Assembly: GCA_043808285.1 (NCBI GenBank)
Contig: JAZDFA010000007.1
Span: 29,100 to 93,099, forward strand
Source of the DNA: an archaeon
GTDB taxonomy: Archaea; Nanobdellota; Nanobdellia; Pacearchaeales; DTIR01
DNA length: 64,000 nt
Direction of reading: 5' to 3'
In this document: positions 28,630 to 38,815 of the stretch, piece after piece
Numbering within the stretch: position 1 is the first letter of the stretch
Layout of the letters: each line of letters begins with the position of its first letter
Program-made: the position numbers and the translations under genes
The notes under the pieces: model-generated
What the model saw: only the letters and a program-made list of their open reading frames with translations
Databases searched by the model: none
What the model was told of the DNA's origin: nothing

Positions 28630-30093
28630 TTAAAGAATACTCTTTATTTTATCAACAGAAACCCTTTCCTGCTTCATGCTGTCTCGCTCTCTTATTGTGA
28701 CAGTGCAGTCCTGCATTGTCTGCGTGTCAATTGTGACGCAGAAAGGAGTTCCAACCTCATCCTGCCTTCGGTACCTTCTTCCTATGCTGCCAGAACTGTC
28801 ATAGAATGCAGTGCAGAACTGCTTTAGAATATTATATATCTCTTCGGCTTTGCCATCCATTCCGTCCTTGTTTACAAGAGGGAAAACTGCTATGTCTATT
28901 GGTGAGATAACTCTTGGAAATTGGAAGAGGTCTCTTTCCTGCTCTAGCTCTTCCTTGTAAAAGATATCCAAAAAAGCCCAGATATTTCTATCAACTCCAA
29001 AGCTTAGCTCAAGAACATGAGGGATGAATTTTTTCTCATTGAAAAAAATCTCTAAATTTTCTTTTGACTGCTTTGCGTGTCCTACTAAATCATGGTCTGT
29101 CCTATAATGTAAGCCAGCTATTTCCTTGAATCCGCCAAGAGTTTCAAGCTCAAGTTCAATATCCCAATGAATCTTATTGTAAAATGCCCTTTCTTCCTCG
29201 TTTAATTCCCTGAACCTAAACTTGCTTTTTGGAATTTTTAGGATATCAAGATAAAACTGCTGTATTTTGGCCATGTGATAAACATAAAACTTTGGAATTT
29301 TCATTTTTGCATTTGCATCATCACATTTTACTTCCATGATTTCCTGCTTGCAGGCTTTAAGTATCAATGAATACTCTTTGATAGAATCCCACTTATTTTC
29401 CTCTATCTTGTCTATATCTGCCGGGTCAAAAAAAATCTGGAGTTCTGCCTGTGTAAATTCTCTTAGTCTGAAAAACATCTGCCTTGGAGAAATTTCATTG
29501 CGGTATGCCTTGTCAATTATTGCTAATCCAAGTGGTAATTTTTTTCTTGTTGCCTCAAATTCCTGCTTGAAAAGAAGATAAGCTGCTTGAGCTGTTTCAG
29601 GACTAAGATATGCTTTTTCATCATTAAATCCTACAGTTAATGGAAACATCATATTAAACCATCTTACTTCTGATAACTCTCCCCCACACCTAGGGCATTT
29701 GAATTTCTTTTCTTTTATTACTGCATTCATCTGCTCCACTGTAAATGAATCATTAAATGCCCCTTTATCTTCCAGAAACTGGTCTGCTCTGAATCTAAAA
29801 TTGCACTTTTTGCATTCTGTCATGGGGTCATTGAAATTCTCTACATGACCTGATGCAATAAAAACATCTGCCGGCAGTATGTTGTTGCTTTGCACTTCGT
29901 AAAAATTGTCATTCAATCCAAGAAAGTATTTTCTCCATGTGTTTTCAAACCTATTTTTTAGAAGCTTTCCCAAGTGGCCATAGCTAAAGAATCCTGCTTT
30001 GCCCCCATAAATTTCTGCTGTCTGGAAAAAAAATCCCCTTTTGGAGGCTATTGTTGTTATCTTTTCTGCTTTGTTTTCTTTTCTTTCAACCAT
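28630..30093 (-). CDS. glyS: Glycine--tRNA ligase (alpha2 type)
   Basis: RNEISPRQ..RLREFTQAE; SFGVDR; SGSIGRRYRRQDEVGTP. Confidence 0.96.
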   Translation of the reverse strand: MVERKENKAEKITTIASKRGFFFQTAEIYGGKAGFFSYGHLGKLLKNRFENTWRKYFLGLNDNFYEVQSNNILPADVFIASGHVENFNDPMTECKKCNFRFRADQFLEDKGAFNDSFTVEQMNAVIKEKKFKCPRCGGELSEVRWFNMMFPLTVGFNDEKAYLSPETAQAAYLLFKQEFEATRKKLPLGLAIIDKAYRNEISPRQMFFRLREFTQAELQIFFDPADIDKIEENKWDSIKEYSLILKACKQEIMEVKCDDANAKMKIPKFYVYHMAKIQQFYLDILKIPKSKFRFRELNEEERAFYNKIHWDIELELETLGGFKEIAGLHYRTDHDLVGHAKQSKENLEIFFNEKKFIPHVLELSFGVDRNIWAFLDIFYKEELEQERDLFQFPRVISPIDIAVFPLVNKDGMDGKAEEIYNILKQFCTAFYDSSGSIGRRYRRQDEVGTPFCVTIDTQTMQDCTVTIRERDSMKQERVSVDKIKSIL

Positions 30094-30128
30094 AACTAAT
30101 AGTTTTGGAATTTATTATATAAATCTTG

Positions 30129-30899
30129 CTAATCCATAGCAGATTTATTGAACAAATAGGCGCTTAAAAATACAAAGAAAGCAGTAAAGCAAGAGAGCAC
30201 TATCAAGTCAAATGTAGGGTCCCAAGTAGAGAATTTCATCAAACTTGCTCTTAATCCATCTATTCCATATGTAAGTGGGTTTGCATAAGCAAGAAGATAT
30301 ATCGGCTTGGGCAATCTTGCGATTGGAAGCATTGCCCCTGAAAGTAAAAACATAGGATAAATCATGAAGTTCATTATAACATTGAATCCCTGTATATCGG
30401 ACATTCTTGAAGCGAAAATTAATCCTAAGCTTATGAAAAGTATTGCAATCAATGTCATGTAAACCAAGGCCATAAAAACGCCCCCAACACTTGGCTTTTT
30501 TATGTTAAGGAAAAGCATTGAAACAAAAAGGATTATTGAACCTTGAAAAATTGAGATTGTTGCACTTCCTGCAATCCTGCCCAGAAGTATTGAGAGCCTG
30601 CTTGCAGGAGTTATCATTATCTCTTTGAGGAATCCAAATTCCTTGTCCCATATAACTGAAATGCCTGAAAACATTGAAGAAAAAAGTATTGTTGCACCTA
30701 TTACTCCTGGTAGCAGGAAGTTAACGTAATCTATTTCTTGGGGAATACCCGGTAGCTGTACTCCATACAGCCCCATGCTAAAAAAGGCAAGAGTAAGTAT
30801 GGGCATTGCAAGAGTCCCAAATATTCTGGACCTCGCTCTGAAAAATCTTTTCATTTCTCGCAGCCATAATACAGATATTGCATTAAAATCAAACATCAT
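30129..30899 (-). CDS. ABC-2 type exporter permease
   Basis: WDKEFGFLKE; NPLTYGIDGLR; six TM helices. Confidence 0.92.
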   Translation of the reverse strand: MMFDFNAISVLWLREMKRFFRARSRIFGTLAMPILTLAFFSMGLYGVQLPGIPQEIDYVNFLLPGVIGATILFSSMFSGISVIWDKEFGFLKEIMITPASRLSILLGRIAGSATISIFQGSIILFVSMLFLNIKKPSVGGVFMALVYMTLIAILFISLGLIFASRMSDIQGFNVIMNFMIYPMFLLSGAMLPIARLPKPIYLLAYANPLTYGIDGLRASLMKFSTWDPTFDLIVLSCFTAFFVFLSAYLFNKSAMD

Positions 30900-31873
30900 A
30901 TCATAGGCCTTACCTTTTCAGGCTGCAAATCCTCCTCCCTTATTGTTTTGCCAGTAAGCTTGAGGAATACATCCTCTAGGCTTGGCTTGTGCAAATTAAC
31001 AGAACTAATTATAACATTGAAATTTGATGCAAGTTTTATCAACTTTGGAATTCTCTTGCTGCCTTCTTTGATATTAAGATGGAGCATTCCAGATTTCCAT
31101 TTTATTGCTTTTATCCAATTAATCTTTTTGAGAAGTTCTAAGAATCCTTCTATATCCTGGCTTTGGTTTGATATCTCCAATACAATCACGTCTGTGCTTA
31201 CGCTATTTTTCAGATTTGCAGGAGTATCCAGGGAGATTATCTTTCCATGGTCTACAATTGCTATTCTATCACAAAGATAATCTGCCTCTTCCATGTAATG
31301 GGTTGTTAAAATTATTGTAACATCTTTCTTGTTAAGCTTTTTTATGTAATCCCATATATTCCTTCTTGTTTGCGCATCCAAGCCGATTGTTGGCTCATCC
31401 AAAAATAATACTTTTGGCTTTTGAATCAATGCCCTTGCAATTTCAAGCCTTCTTTTCATCCCCCCAGAATAATTCTCAACAAGTATGTTTGCCTTATCAG
31501 CCAATTCAACTATTTCCAATACCTCTTTTATGCTTTTTTTCCTCTCTTCTTTCTTTAGCCCATACATTCTTGAATGAAAATCAAGATTCTCATATCCAGT
31601 AAGCTTTGTATCCAGGGTAGTCTCCTGAAATACAATTCCTATATGTTTTCTTACATTTGTGGAATTAGTTGAGGTGTTAAAACCAGCAACTTCGATTGAA
31701 CCAGAAGTGGGTTTAAGCAAGGTGGAGAGCATATTTATTGTTGTAGTCTTACCAGCACCATTAGGCCCAAGCAAGCCAAACAACTCTCCTTCAAATACAC
31801 CTAAGCTAAGGTCGTTAACTGCCACAAAATCGCCAAATTTCTTTACAAGATTATCTGCCTTTATTGAAAGCAT
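30896..31873 (-). CDS. ABC exporter ATPase (DrrA-like)
   Basis: GPNGAGKTT; YSGGMKRRL; FLDEPT; TTHY. Confidence 0.95.
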   Translation of the reverse strand: MLSIKADNLVKKFGDFVAVNDLSLGVFEGELFGLLGPNGAGKTTTINMLSTLLKPTSGSIEVAGFNTSTNSTNVRKHIGIVFQETTLDTKLTGYENLDFHSRMYGLKKEERKKSIKEVLEIVELADKANILVENYSGGMKRRLEIARALIQKPKVLFLDEPTIGLDAQTRRNIWDYIKKLNKKDVTIILTTHYMEEADYLCDRIAIVDHGKIISLDTPANLKNSVSTDVIVLEISNQSQDIEGFLELLKKINWIKAIKWKSGMLHLNIKEGSKRIPKLIKLASNFNVIISSVNLHKPSLEDVFLKLTGKTIREEDLQPEKVRPMI

Positions 31874-31914
31874 TTCTAGATTAGAACGATTAATCTTTTA
31901 AACCTTTACTAGCA

Positions 31915-31987
31915 AGCGAGGAGAGGGACTCGAACCCTCGAATAAGAGCTCTGCAGGCTCCCGCCGTAGCCGCTGGGCCACCCTCGC
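31915..31987 (-). tRNA. tRNA-Cys(GCA)
   Basis: GCGAGGG..TCCTCGC, U73; GGAGC-CTGCAGA-GCTCT. Confidence 0.93.
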
Positions 31988-32024
31988 ATTATATATTGGA
32001 TAGGGAATAGATTTTTAAAACTTG

Positions 32025-32157
32025 TTAATTGCCGAAATTAAATACTGTAATGATGCAAAACAAGAAAGAAAAACCCATCTAACTGCCCCACTCCTACACT
32101 GCTAAATGGAATACAGCAATTAACAATCCACTAAGATAGAAAAAAACAATTCCCCAG
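32025..32157 (-). pseudogene. Possible decayed membrane-protein fragment truncated by the repeat element
   Basis: Minus frame WGIVFFYLSGLLIAVFHLAV*EWGS*MGFSFLFCIITVFNFGN*, abutting element copy 2. Confidence 0.3.
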
Positions 32158-32245
32158 ATCAAAAAGTTGCTCTGGTGCTATTGTGACACAAATGGCAACT
32201 TTAGGATGATCAAGAACACACGAGTTTTGTTAAGTGTTCTTGACA
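32158..32245 (+). mobile_element. Modular hairpin element, copy 2 (A'-C)
   Basis: ATCAAAAAGTTGC..GCAACTTTAGGATG ATCAAGAACAC..GTGTTCTTGACA. Confidence 0.75.
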
Positions 32246-32282
32246 TAAAAAGATTTATTAGGGATATTTCTTTTGTTCATAA

Positions 32283-32963
32283 ATGGAATCGATAATAAGA
32301 TTAGAGGATGTATGGAAGATATACAACTTAGGAAATGTTGATGTGCCTGTATTAAAAGGCTTGCATTTTCATATCAATAAGGGAGATTTTGTTGCAGTAA
32401 TGGGCCCTTCTGGAAGCGGCAAGTCAACAACAATGAATATGATTGGCTGCCTTGACATCCCGACAAAAGGAAAGATATTCCTCAAAGGCAAAGACATAGC
32501 AAAACTCTCTGAGAGCAATCTTGCACAGATAAGAGGAAAAACAATTGGTTTTGTATTCCAGCAGTTTAACCTAATCCCTACAATGAGTGCATTAGAAAAT
32601 GTAATGCTTCCAATGATATTCCAGGGAACTCCTCAAGAAACCCGAAAGGAAAGAGCATTAAAGCTTCTTGATGAAGTAGGATTAAAAGAAAGGTCTCATC
32701 ACAGGCCCACAGAGCTTTCTGGAGGAGAGCAGCAAAGAGTTGCAATTGCTAGGTCACTGGCAAATGACCCGGAGATAATACTGGCAGATGAGCCTACAGG
32801 AAACTTGGACAGCAAAAAAGGTGTGGAGATATTGGACATGTTAAGAGAGCTGCATAAGAAATACGGAAAAACAGTTATAATGATAACCCATGACAAAAAT
32901 ATAGCAAAGAATGCAGAAAGAATAATCTTTTTAAAGGATGGAAAAGTTGTTAAGAATATATAA
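32283..32963 (+). CDS. ABC ATPase, MacB/LolD type
   Basis: GPSGSGKST; LSGGEQQRVAIAR; LADEPTGNLD. Confidence 0.95.
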   Translation: MESIIRLEDVWKIYNLGNVDVPVLKGLHFHINKGDFVAVMGPSGSGKSTTMNMIGCLDIPTKGKIFLKGKDIAKLSESNLAQIRGKTIGFVFQQFNLIPTMSALENVMLPMIFQGTPQETRKERALKLLDEVGLKERSHHRPTELSGGEQQRVAIARSLANDPEIILADEPTGNLDSKKGVEILDMLRELHKKYGKTVIMITHDKNIAKNAERIIFLKDGKVVKNI

Positions 32964-32964
32964 C

Positions 32965-33858
32965 ATGAAAAAAGGATATTTATTTATCGCATTGGGGATG
33001 ATTGCATTGCTTTCATTAAGCGTTGCTTTTGCAGCCCCCCTAGAACCAATAAGAGAGCAACTTCTAAAGTATGGTCCTTCGCTTTATATTACAAATGTCC
33101 ATACTCATCCTGCAGAATTGCAGCCGGGCTCTGAAGGTCTAATCTCTCTGGAACTGGAAAATGTTGCACCCCATCAATTAAGGGATGTTGAGATTGAATT
33201 AAGCCTTCCTTCACAATTTGCACCTGCAGATGTAAGCAGAAAGAAGATAAGAACAATGCAGGGATTGGAAAAAACTGAAATGAACTTCAGCATTGTTTCA
33301 TTGCCTAATGCAAAGGACGGCATATATACTCTCTCAATTGCTTCGGATTACTTTGATGAAATAGGAACCCCCCATTCTGAAAATAATACTGTAAGCCTGA
33401 AAATTTCTTCAGTGCCAAGCATTTACACTGAGTTAGTAAGCACTGATTTATACGAAGGAAATTTATTGGGCAGAGTAAGCATAAAGATTGCAAATACTGG
33501 TGTAGGAGATGTGAAATTCCTTGTTGTTGAATTGCTTCCTTCACAAGATGGAGAATACAGCATAATCGGCTCTAACAAGGATTATATCGGGCAGGTAAAT
33601 TCTGATGATTATGAAACAGTAGATTTCAAGATAAATTTAAACAGTCTTTCAAAAGAAATTCCATTGAGTTTGAGGCTAGATTACTCTGACTCAAATAACA
33701 AGGCTTATTCAAAAGAGATAATATTACCTCTCAAGATAATAAGTGCAAAAGATGCAGGAATAAAACAAGGCAATAACAATTTGATAATAATTGTAATAGT
33801 TGGAATTCTTATAGTGTTTGTTATTTACAGGCAATTAAGAAAAAGAAAGAAAAAATAG
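32965..33858 (+). CDS. COG1361 S-layer-domain-like accessory protein
   Basis: Signal peptide; two Ig-like beta domains; C-terminal TM plus basic tail; inside an ABC operon. Confidence 0.75.
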   Translation: MKKGYLFIALGMIALLSLSVAFAAPLEPIREQLLKYGPSLYITNVHTHPAELQPGSEGLISLELENVAPHQLRDVEIELSLPSQFAPADVSRKKIRTMQGLEKTEMNFSIVSLPNAKDGIYTLSIASDYFDEIGTPHSENNTVSLKISSVPSIYTELVSTDLYEGNLLGRVSIKIANTGVGDVKFLVVELLPSQDGEYSIIGSNKDYIGQVNSDDYETVDFKINLNSLSKEIPLSLRLDYSDSNNKAYSKEIILPLKIISAKDAGIKQGNNNLIIIVIVGILIVFVIYRQLRKRKKK

Positions 33859-33876
33859 TAAATAACATTTAGAATA

Positions 33877-35100
33877 ATGATAAGGGACTATTTTAATCTC
33901 TCTTACTCTTCTCTTAAAAACAGAGGCATAAGGAGCTGGCTTACAATAATAGGAATAACAATAGGCATAGCTGCCGTCATCTCATTAATTGGAATGGGTG
34001 AGGGTTTAAAGATGACTATAGCCTCCCAGTTTAATTTCTTGAGTACGGATATTCTAACAATACAGGCTTCTGGATTGAATTACGGCCCCCCTGGAAGCGG
34101 AGCAGTAAATCCTTTAAAAGAAGGCTATCTGGCTGGGCTTGAAAGAATAAACGGGGTTGATGTTGCGATAGGCAGACTGATAGAAACTGCAAGGATAGAA
34201 TATGGGAACAAAGCAAATATGGGGTATCTTGCAAGCATGCCAGATAACCCTAAAAGGAGAGTTATTGAAATGACAATCCAGCTTGAAGCGCAGAACGGGA
34301 GGCTTCTCAAAGATGGAGATGCAAATGCTATAGTTGTTGGTTCAAACTATGCAAGTGATAATAATGCTTTTGGAAAAGCTGTAGAAGTGGGCTCAAGATT
34401 AACGATAAAAGACAAGGAATTCGAAGTAATCGGGGTGCTTAAGAAAAAAGGAAGTTTTACTGTTGACCTTGCAATACAAATGAATGAAAAAGAATTGGAA
34501 AATCTTTATCCAAGCAATAATACCTATGATATGATGGTTGCAAAAATTTCAAAGAATGCAGATATTGCAGAAGTGAAATTAAGAATTGATGAATATCTCA
34601 GGAAGGAAAGAAAGGTAAAGAAAGGAGAAGAAGATTTCACAGTGCAGTCCCCACAACAGGCAGTCGCAGCACTGGATTCTATTTTATTTGCGATAAGAAT
34701 TTTTGTTTATGTAATTGCAGGAATTTCTATTGTTGTTGGAGGCATAGGCATTGCAAACACAATGTACACCTCTGTTGCTGAAAGAACAAAGCAGATAGGA
34801 ATAATGAAATCAATTGGCGCGAGAAACTCCGATATATTCAATTTATTTCTTATAGAATCCGGATTGCTAGGAGTTGCAGGTGGAGGCCTGGGTGTTGCAA
34901 TAGGCCTGGGGCTGGCTAATGGATTAGTTTTTATCGGCAAGACTGCATTGGGGATAGATGCAATAACTGTAGATTCCTCGCCTGTATTAATAATGAGCAC
35001 ATTGGCATTTTCATTCATAATCGGTTCTGTATTCGGGTTATTGCCAGCAATACAGGCTTCAAAACTTAAACCAGTAGATGCATTGAGGCATGTAAAATGA
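33877..35100 (+). CDS. ABC permease (MacB/FtsX family)
   Basis: RSWLTIIGITIG; GIANTMYTSVAERTKQIGIMKSIGA; KPVDALR. Confidence 0.93.
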   Translation: MIRDYFNLSYSSLKNRGIRSWLTIIGITIGIAAVISLIGMGEGLKMTIASQFNFLSTDILTIQASGLNYGPPGSGAVNPLKEGYLAGLERINGVDVAIGRLIETARIEYGNKANMGYLASMPDNPKRRVIEMTIQLEAQNGRLLKDGDANAIVVGSNYASDNNAFGKAVEVGSRLTIKDKEFEVIGVLKKKGSFTVDLAIQMNEKELENLYPSNNTYDMMVAKISKNADIAEVKLRIDEYLRKERKVKKGEEDFTVQSPQQAVAALDSILFAIRIFVYVIAGISIVVGGIGIANTMYTSVAERTKQIGIMKSIGARNSDIFNLFLIESGLLGVAGGGLGVAIGLGLANGLVFIGKTALGIDAITVDSSPVLIMSTLAFSFIIGSVFGLLPAIQASKLKPVDALRHVK

Positions 35101-36302
35101 TAAAGCCAGCGCTATTTGTATATTCAATAGAAAACTTGTACAAGAGAAAAACAAGAAGCTGGCTTACAATTCTTTCTGTGTTAATAGGAATTGCATCAAT
35201 AACTGCATTGATGAGTTTTGGATACGGCATTTCTAATTATGTCCAAGACATGTCCAAGCAAATGGGAAATGACAAATTAATAATCATGGAAAAAGGTATG
35301 GGAGGCATGGGCGACAAGCCGGCATTTAGCAAGGAGGATTTGGAGGTAATTGAAAAAGCGAATGGAGTGGGGGAAGCTACCGGGATGAACGTTATTTCAG
35401 CAGAAATTGAATTTGGAAAGCAAAAAAAATATACCATGCTTGCAGGAGTGGATTACAAAAAACATAAAATCCTTATTGAAGAAATTATGACAGTTGAAAT
35501 AATTGCTGGAGAGGATTTGAAGGGAGATGAAAAAAACAAGGCAATATTTGGGTATAATTACATGCTTGCTGACAAAGTTTTTACAAAAGCATTAAAGGTC
35601 GGGGACAAGATAACAGTAAATGGGAAGGAGATATCTGTCGGTGGTTTTTATGGAGAGATAGGAAACCCGGCAGATGATGCCAATATATACATAACTGAAA
35701 AATGCGCAGAAGAGGTTTTTGGCTCCTTGGGCTATTATGAGATAGTCGCAAGAGTCACTCCCGGAAGCAATGCAACACAAATTGCAGAATATGTCACAAA
35801 AGACTTAAGAAACCACCGAAACCAAAAAGAAGGCCAGGAAGATTTCTTTGTGCAGACATTTGAGCAAATCATTGCAACATTCAATACGGTGTTAGGAGTA
35901 ATAATTGGAGTTGTAATGCTTATCGCAGTAATCTCTGTCATTGTAGCCTCTGTCAACATAATGAACACAATGTATGCCTCAATAATTGACAGAACAAAAG
36001 AGATAGGAATATTCAAGGCTATTGGGGCGAAAAACAGCGAGATACTTATGATTTTCGTAACTGAATCTAGTGTACTAAGTATTATTGGTGGAATTTTAGG
36101 GGTATTAATCGGAATGGGAATAGCAAAAGTTGGAGGGATAGCAATTGCAAGTGCAGGATATGCTGCCTTTCAGCCATATTTCAGTTTACAGATAATTTCA
36201 TCAATAATGCTTTTCTCATTAGTTATAGGAATTGCAGCAGGACTCCTGCCATCATATCAGGCTTCAAAGCTAAAGCCGGTTGATACGCTGAGATATGAGT
36301 GA
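35097..36302 (+). CDS. ABC permease (MacB/FtsX family)
   Basis: RSWLT; NTMYASIIDRTKEIGIFKAIGA; PVDTLRYE. Confidence 0.93.
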   Translation: MIKPALFVYSIENLYKRKTRSWLTILSVLIGIASITALMSFGYGISNYVQDMSKQMGNDKLIIMEKGMGGMGDKPAFSKEDLEVIEKANGVGEATGMNVISAEIEFGKQKKYTMLAGVDYKKHKILIEEIMTVEIIAGEDLKGDEKNKAIFGYNYMLADKVFTKALKVGDKITVNGKEISVGGFYGEIGNPADDANIYITEKCAEEVFGSLGYYEIVARVTPGSNATQIAEYVTKDLRNHRNQKEGQEDFFVQTFEQIIATFNTVLGVIIGVVMLIAVISVIVASVNIMNTMYASIIDRTKEIGIFKAIGAKNSEILMIFVTESSVLSIIGGILGVLIGMGIAKVGGIAIASAGYAAFQPYFSLQIISSIMLFSLVIGIAAGLLPSYQASKLKPVDTLRYE

Positions 36303-36313
36303 GAAGAATATCT

Positions 36314-36613
36314 TCACTTAACAAAATTACTTAGGTTTCTGAAGAAATCATAATGCACGTTGTTAAAAGATGTCCTTGTCTCTATTACTGCAGCGATTAC
36401 CCTCTCCTTGTAAAGCAGCATATGAACATTATTATCTGTATAGGCAGTAGGCTTTAGATATGTCCCTTCCAGCCTAATTTCCAAGTACATAAGATTTGCA
36501 CCAAAATTGCCAACAAGATGCTCTTTTGTTTCAATAAAAAAATCGTCTATTGTTTTTCTAACCCTATGCTGATCTCCAGTTATAACTGTTATAGATTTTG
36601 GAACTCTTTTCAT
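36314..36613 (-). CDS. Hypothetical protein
   Basis: ~99-aa ORF downstream of tRNA-Arg. Confidence 0.55.
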   Translation of the reverse strand: MKRVPKSITVITGDQHRVRKTIDDFFIETKEHLVGNFGANLMYLEIRLEGTYLKPTAYTDNNVHMLLYKERVIAAVIETRTSFNNVHYDFFRNLSNFVK

Positions 36614-36631
36614 GTTCAAATCCTTAAATAG

Positions 36632-36706
<75 letters not shown>

Positions 36707-36744
36707 GTTAGTCTTTAAGAGAATCCGTTTGTTTTTAAAGATTT

Positions 36745-37401
36745 TTAAATGCTTTGAAAAGTGCTATTAAGATATGCTATGCCTGCTGTTTCTATTATTG
36801 CTGCCAAAATAAGGATTATTGCAATCAAGACTAATATTTTTGATGCCTCTTTGTATGCAATTTTTAGAGCATCAGCTCTTTTCTTTTTTCCAAATGCAGC
36901 CGGTTTGATGATGCTATAGCCTATCCTTAATCCCTCATAAGTTGAGAGAATCATGCAAAAAACTTCCATGCCTGCAACGATAAAAAGCAATAATCCCCTC
37001 CAGAGAGTCAGGGCATTTGGAATCATGCTCTGTATTCCTATCAAAACTCCCAAAAGCAGGACATTTGAAAAAGGAATTAATATTGAAAATATAAAAATAA
37101 TCCCGGAATATGACGCAAAAACATCTATGAGGAAATTATTAAAGAATATCAGCACTGAAACAGAAACATATTTTCCCTCTTCCATCATCATGTCAAGGGT
37201 TTTTAATTTCTCTATGTTCTTTACAGAATCCAGTATCTGCTTTGCTTTATCTGGCTGAGTATTGTAGAGGTACTTTCCTGAAAAGAAGGCATTAATAAAA
37301 AGAACCAGCATTATTGAGAAAATAAGAAGATAATGAAATTTGTTGCGTTTTTTTAATACATCAATCGGAGCTCTTAAAATATTCATATTAATTATTGACA
37401 T
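36745..37401 (-). CDS. SpoIIM-family membrane protein
   Basis: IFFNN; NVLLLG; ILAAIIET motifs; multiple TM helices. Confidence 0.8.
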   Translation of the reverse strand: MSIINMNILRAPIDVLKKRNKFHYLLIFSIMLVLFINAFFSGKYLYNTQPDKAKQILDSVKNIEKLKTLDMMMEEGKYVSVSVLIFFNNFLIDVFASYSGIIFIFSILIPFSNVLLLGVLIGIQSMIPNALTLWRGLLLFIVAGMEVFCMILSTYEGLRIGYSIIKPAAFGKKKRADALKIAYKEASKILVLIAIILILAAIIETAGIAYLNSTFQSI

Positions 37402-37460
37402 AGCAGATTTAAAAAATGTATCCTAGAAAAATATTTAAACCCCTCAGAGGTTTTATTTCT

Positions 37461-37535
37461 ATGAGAAAGTCTCATAGAATGCAAATAATGCAGATAGGAA
37501 TATTACTCCTAGTGCTATTAGCCGTGCTTCTATAA
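37461..37535 (+). CDS. Putative Leu-rich leader peptide (MRKSHRMQIMQIGILLLVLLAVLL)
   Basis: 24-codon ORF ~25 nt after TATA; 7 Leu in last 10 codons; followed by a hairpin/U-tract, then leuA-leuS. Confidence 0.6.
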   Translation: MRKSHRMQIMQIGILLLVLLAVLL

Positions 37536-37665
37536 GGCTTCCTTGATTTTCTTTTTAGGTGGAAGTTTTAGGAAAACAAAATGGTTTATCTATATTATTT
37601 AAAAAAATATTGCAAGGGAGAAAGTTAGAGCTGCAGCACCAACAAAAATCAAAGCTTTAAAAAAA

Positions 37666-38793
37666 ATGAAAAAAATAACTTTTTTTGACACCACTCTGAG
37701 AGATGGAGCACAATCAGCTTCTGCAATGCTGCAGACTGAAGATAAGGCAGAGATAGCAATGCAACTTGAAAAATTGAATGTTGATGTTATTGAAGCAGGA
37801 TTCCCGGCATCATCTAAAAAAGAAGCAGAGATAATTGGAAAAATCGCAAAAAAAAGCAGCAAGATTATCGCTGCTTTGGCTAGATCTAGAAAAGAAGATG
37901 TGGAGATTGCATGGGAATGCATTAGGAATGCAAAAAAGCCAAGAATCCACATATTCATTGCATCTTCAAAGTCTCATATGGAAAATAAGCTGCATATGAC
38001 AAAAGAAGAGGTAATTGCCAATGCAGTAAATGCAATAAGATATGCAAAAGAGATAAGCAATGGCAAGGTGGAAGTGGAGTTTTCTGCAGAAGATTCAACA
38101 AGAAGCGAAGAGGAATTCCTGCTGATGCTTTATGAGAAGGCCATAGAAGCAGGTGCAGAAATAATCAATGTTCCGGATACTGTAGGCTATGCAATGACAC
38201 AAGAATTCTCCTCATTTATTGGAAGGATAAGAAAAAGATTTCCTAAAATTAAAATAAGCGTGCATTGCCACAACGACTTGGGACTGGCTGTTGCAAATTC
38301 CATTTGTGCAATAAGCGCAGGAGCAGACCAGGTGCATTGCACAATCAATGGGGTTGGAGAGAGGGCAGGAAATGCTTCACTTGAAGAAATAGCGTCAATA
38401 ATGCATGTAAGAAAAAATTTCTTAAATTGCTTCTCAGATATAAAGATGAATGAAATTTCAAGAACTTCCAAAATGGTAAGCAAGAAATTCGGGGTTGAAG
38501 TGCCGCATTACAAGGCAATTGTTGGCAAGAATGCATTAAGTCATGAAGCAGGGATACATGTGCAATATGTGCAAGGCTACGAAATATTCAAACCAGAAGA
38601 TATTGGGATGCAAAGAGAGATAGTCCTTGGAAAGCACTCAGGAATACATACTGTTTTGGAGGTTGCAAAAATTGCAAATGTAAAAATCGGCAAAGAACAT
38701 GCGGCAAGTATCCTTAAGGAAGTCAAGAGGGGGGATTTTAAGATAACCTCGGCAGATTTTAAAAAGTTCATTGACAAAACAAAAGTAATTTAA
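37666..38793 (+). CDS. leuA: 2-isopropylmalate synthase-like enzyme, short form without regulatory domain
   Basis: [11 protein letters not shown]; EFSAED; PDTVG; HCHNDLG; [11 protein letters not shown]; LGKHSG. Confidence 0.85.
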   Translation: MKKITFFDTTLRDGAQSASAMLQTEDKAEIAMQLEKLNVDVIEAGFPASSKKEAEIIGKIAKKSSKIIAALARSRKEDVEIAWECIRNAKKPRIHIFIASSKSHMENKLHMTKEEVIANAVNAIRYAKEISNGKVEVEFSAEDSTRSEEEFLLMLYEKAIEAGAEIINVPDTVGYAMTQEFSSFIGRIRKRFPKIKISVHCHNDLGLAVANSICAISAGADQVHCTINGVGERAGNASLEEIASIMHVRKNFLNCFSDIKMNEISRTSKMVSKKFGVEVPHYKAIVGKNALSHEAGIHVQYVQGYEIFKPEDIGMQREIVLGKHSGIHTVLEVAKIANVKIGKEHAASILKEVKRGDFKITSADFKKFIDKTKVI

Positions 38794-38815
38794 ATTTAGA
38801 ATCTGGAGTAGTAAA

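Noticed and set aside
37580-37627. Second tiny ORF MVYLYYLKKYCKGES before leuA
   Set aside because: Could be chance in AT-rich DNA; no link to Leu; insufficient support
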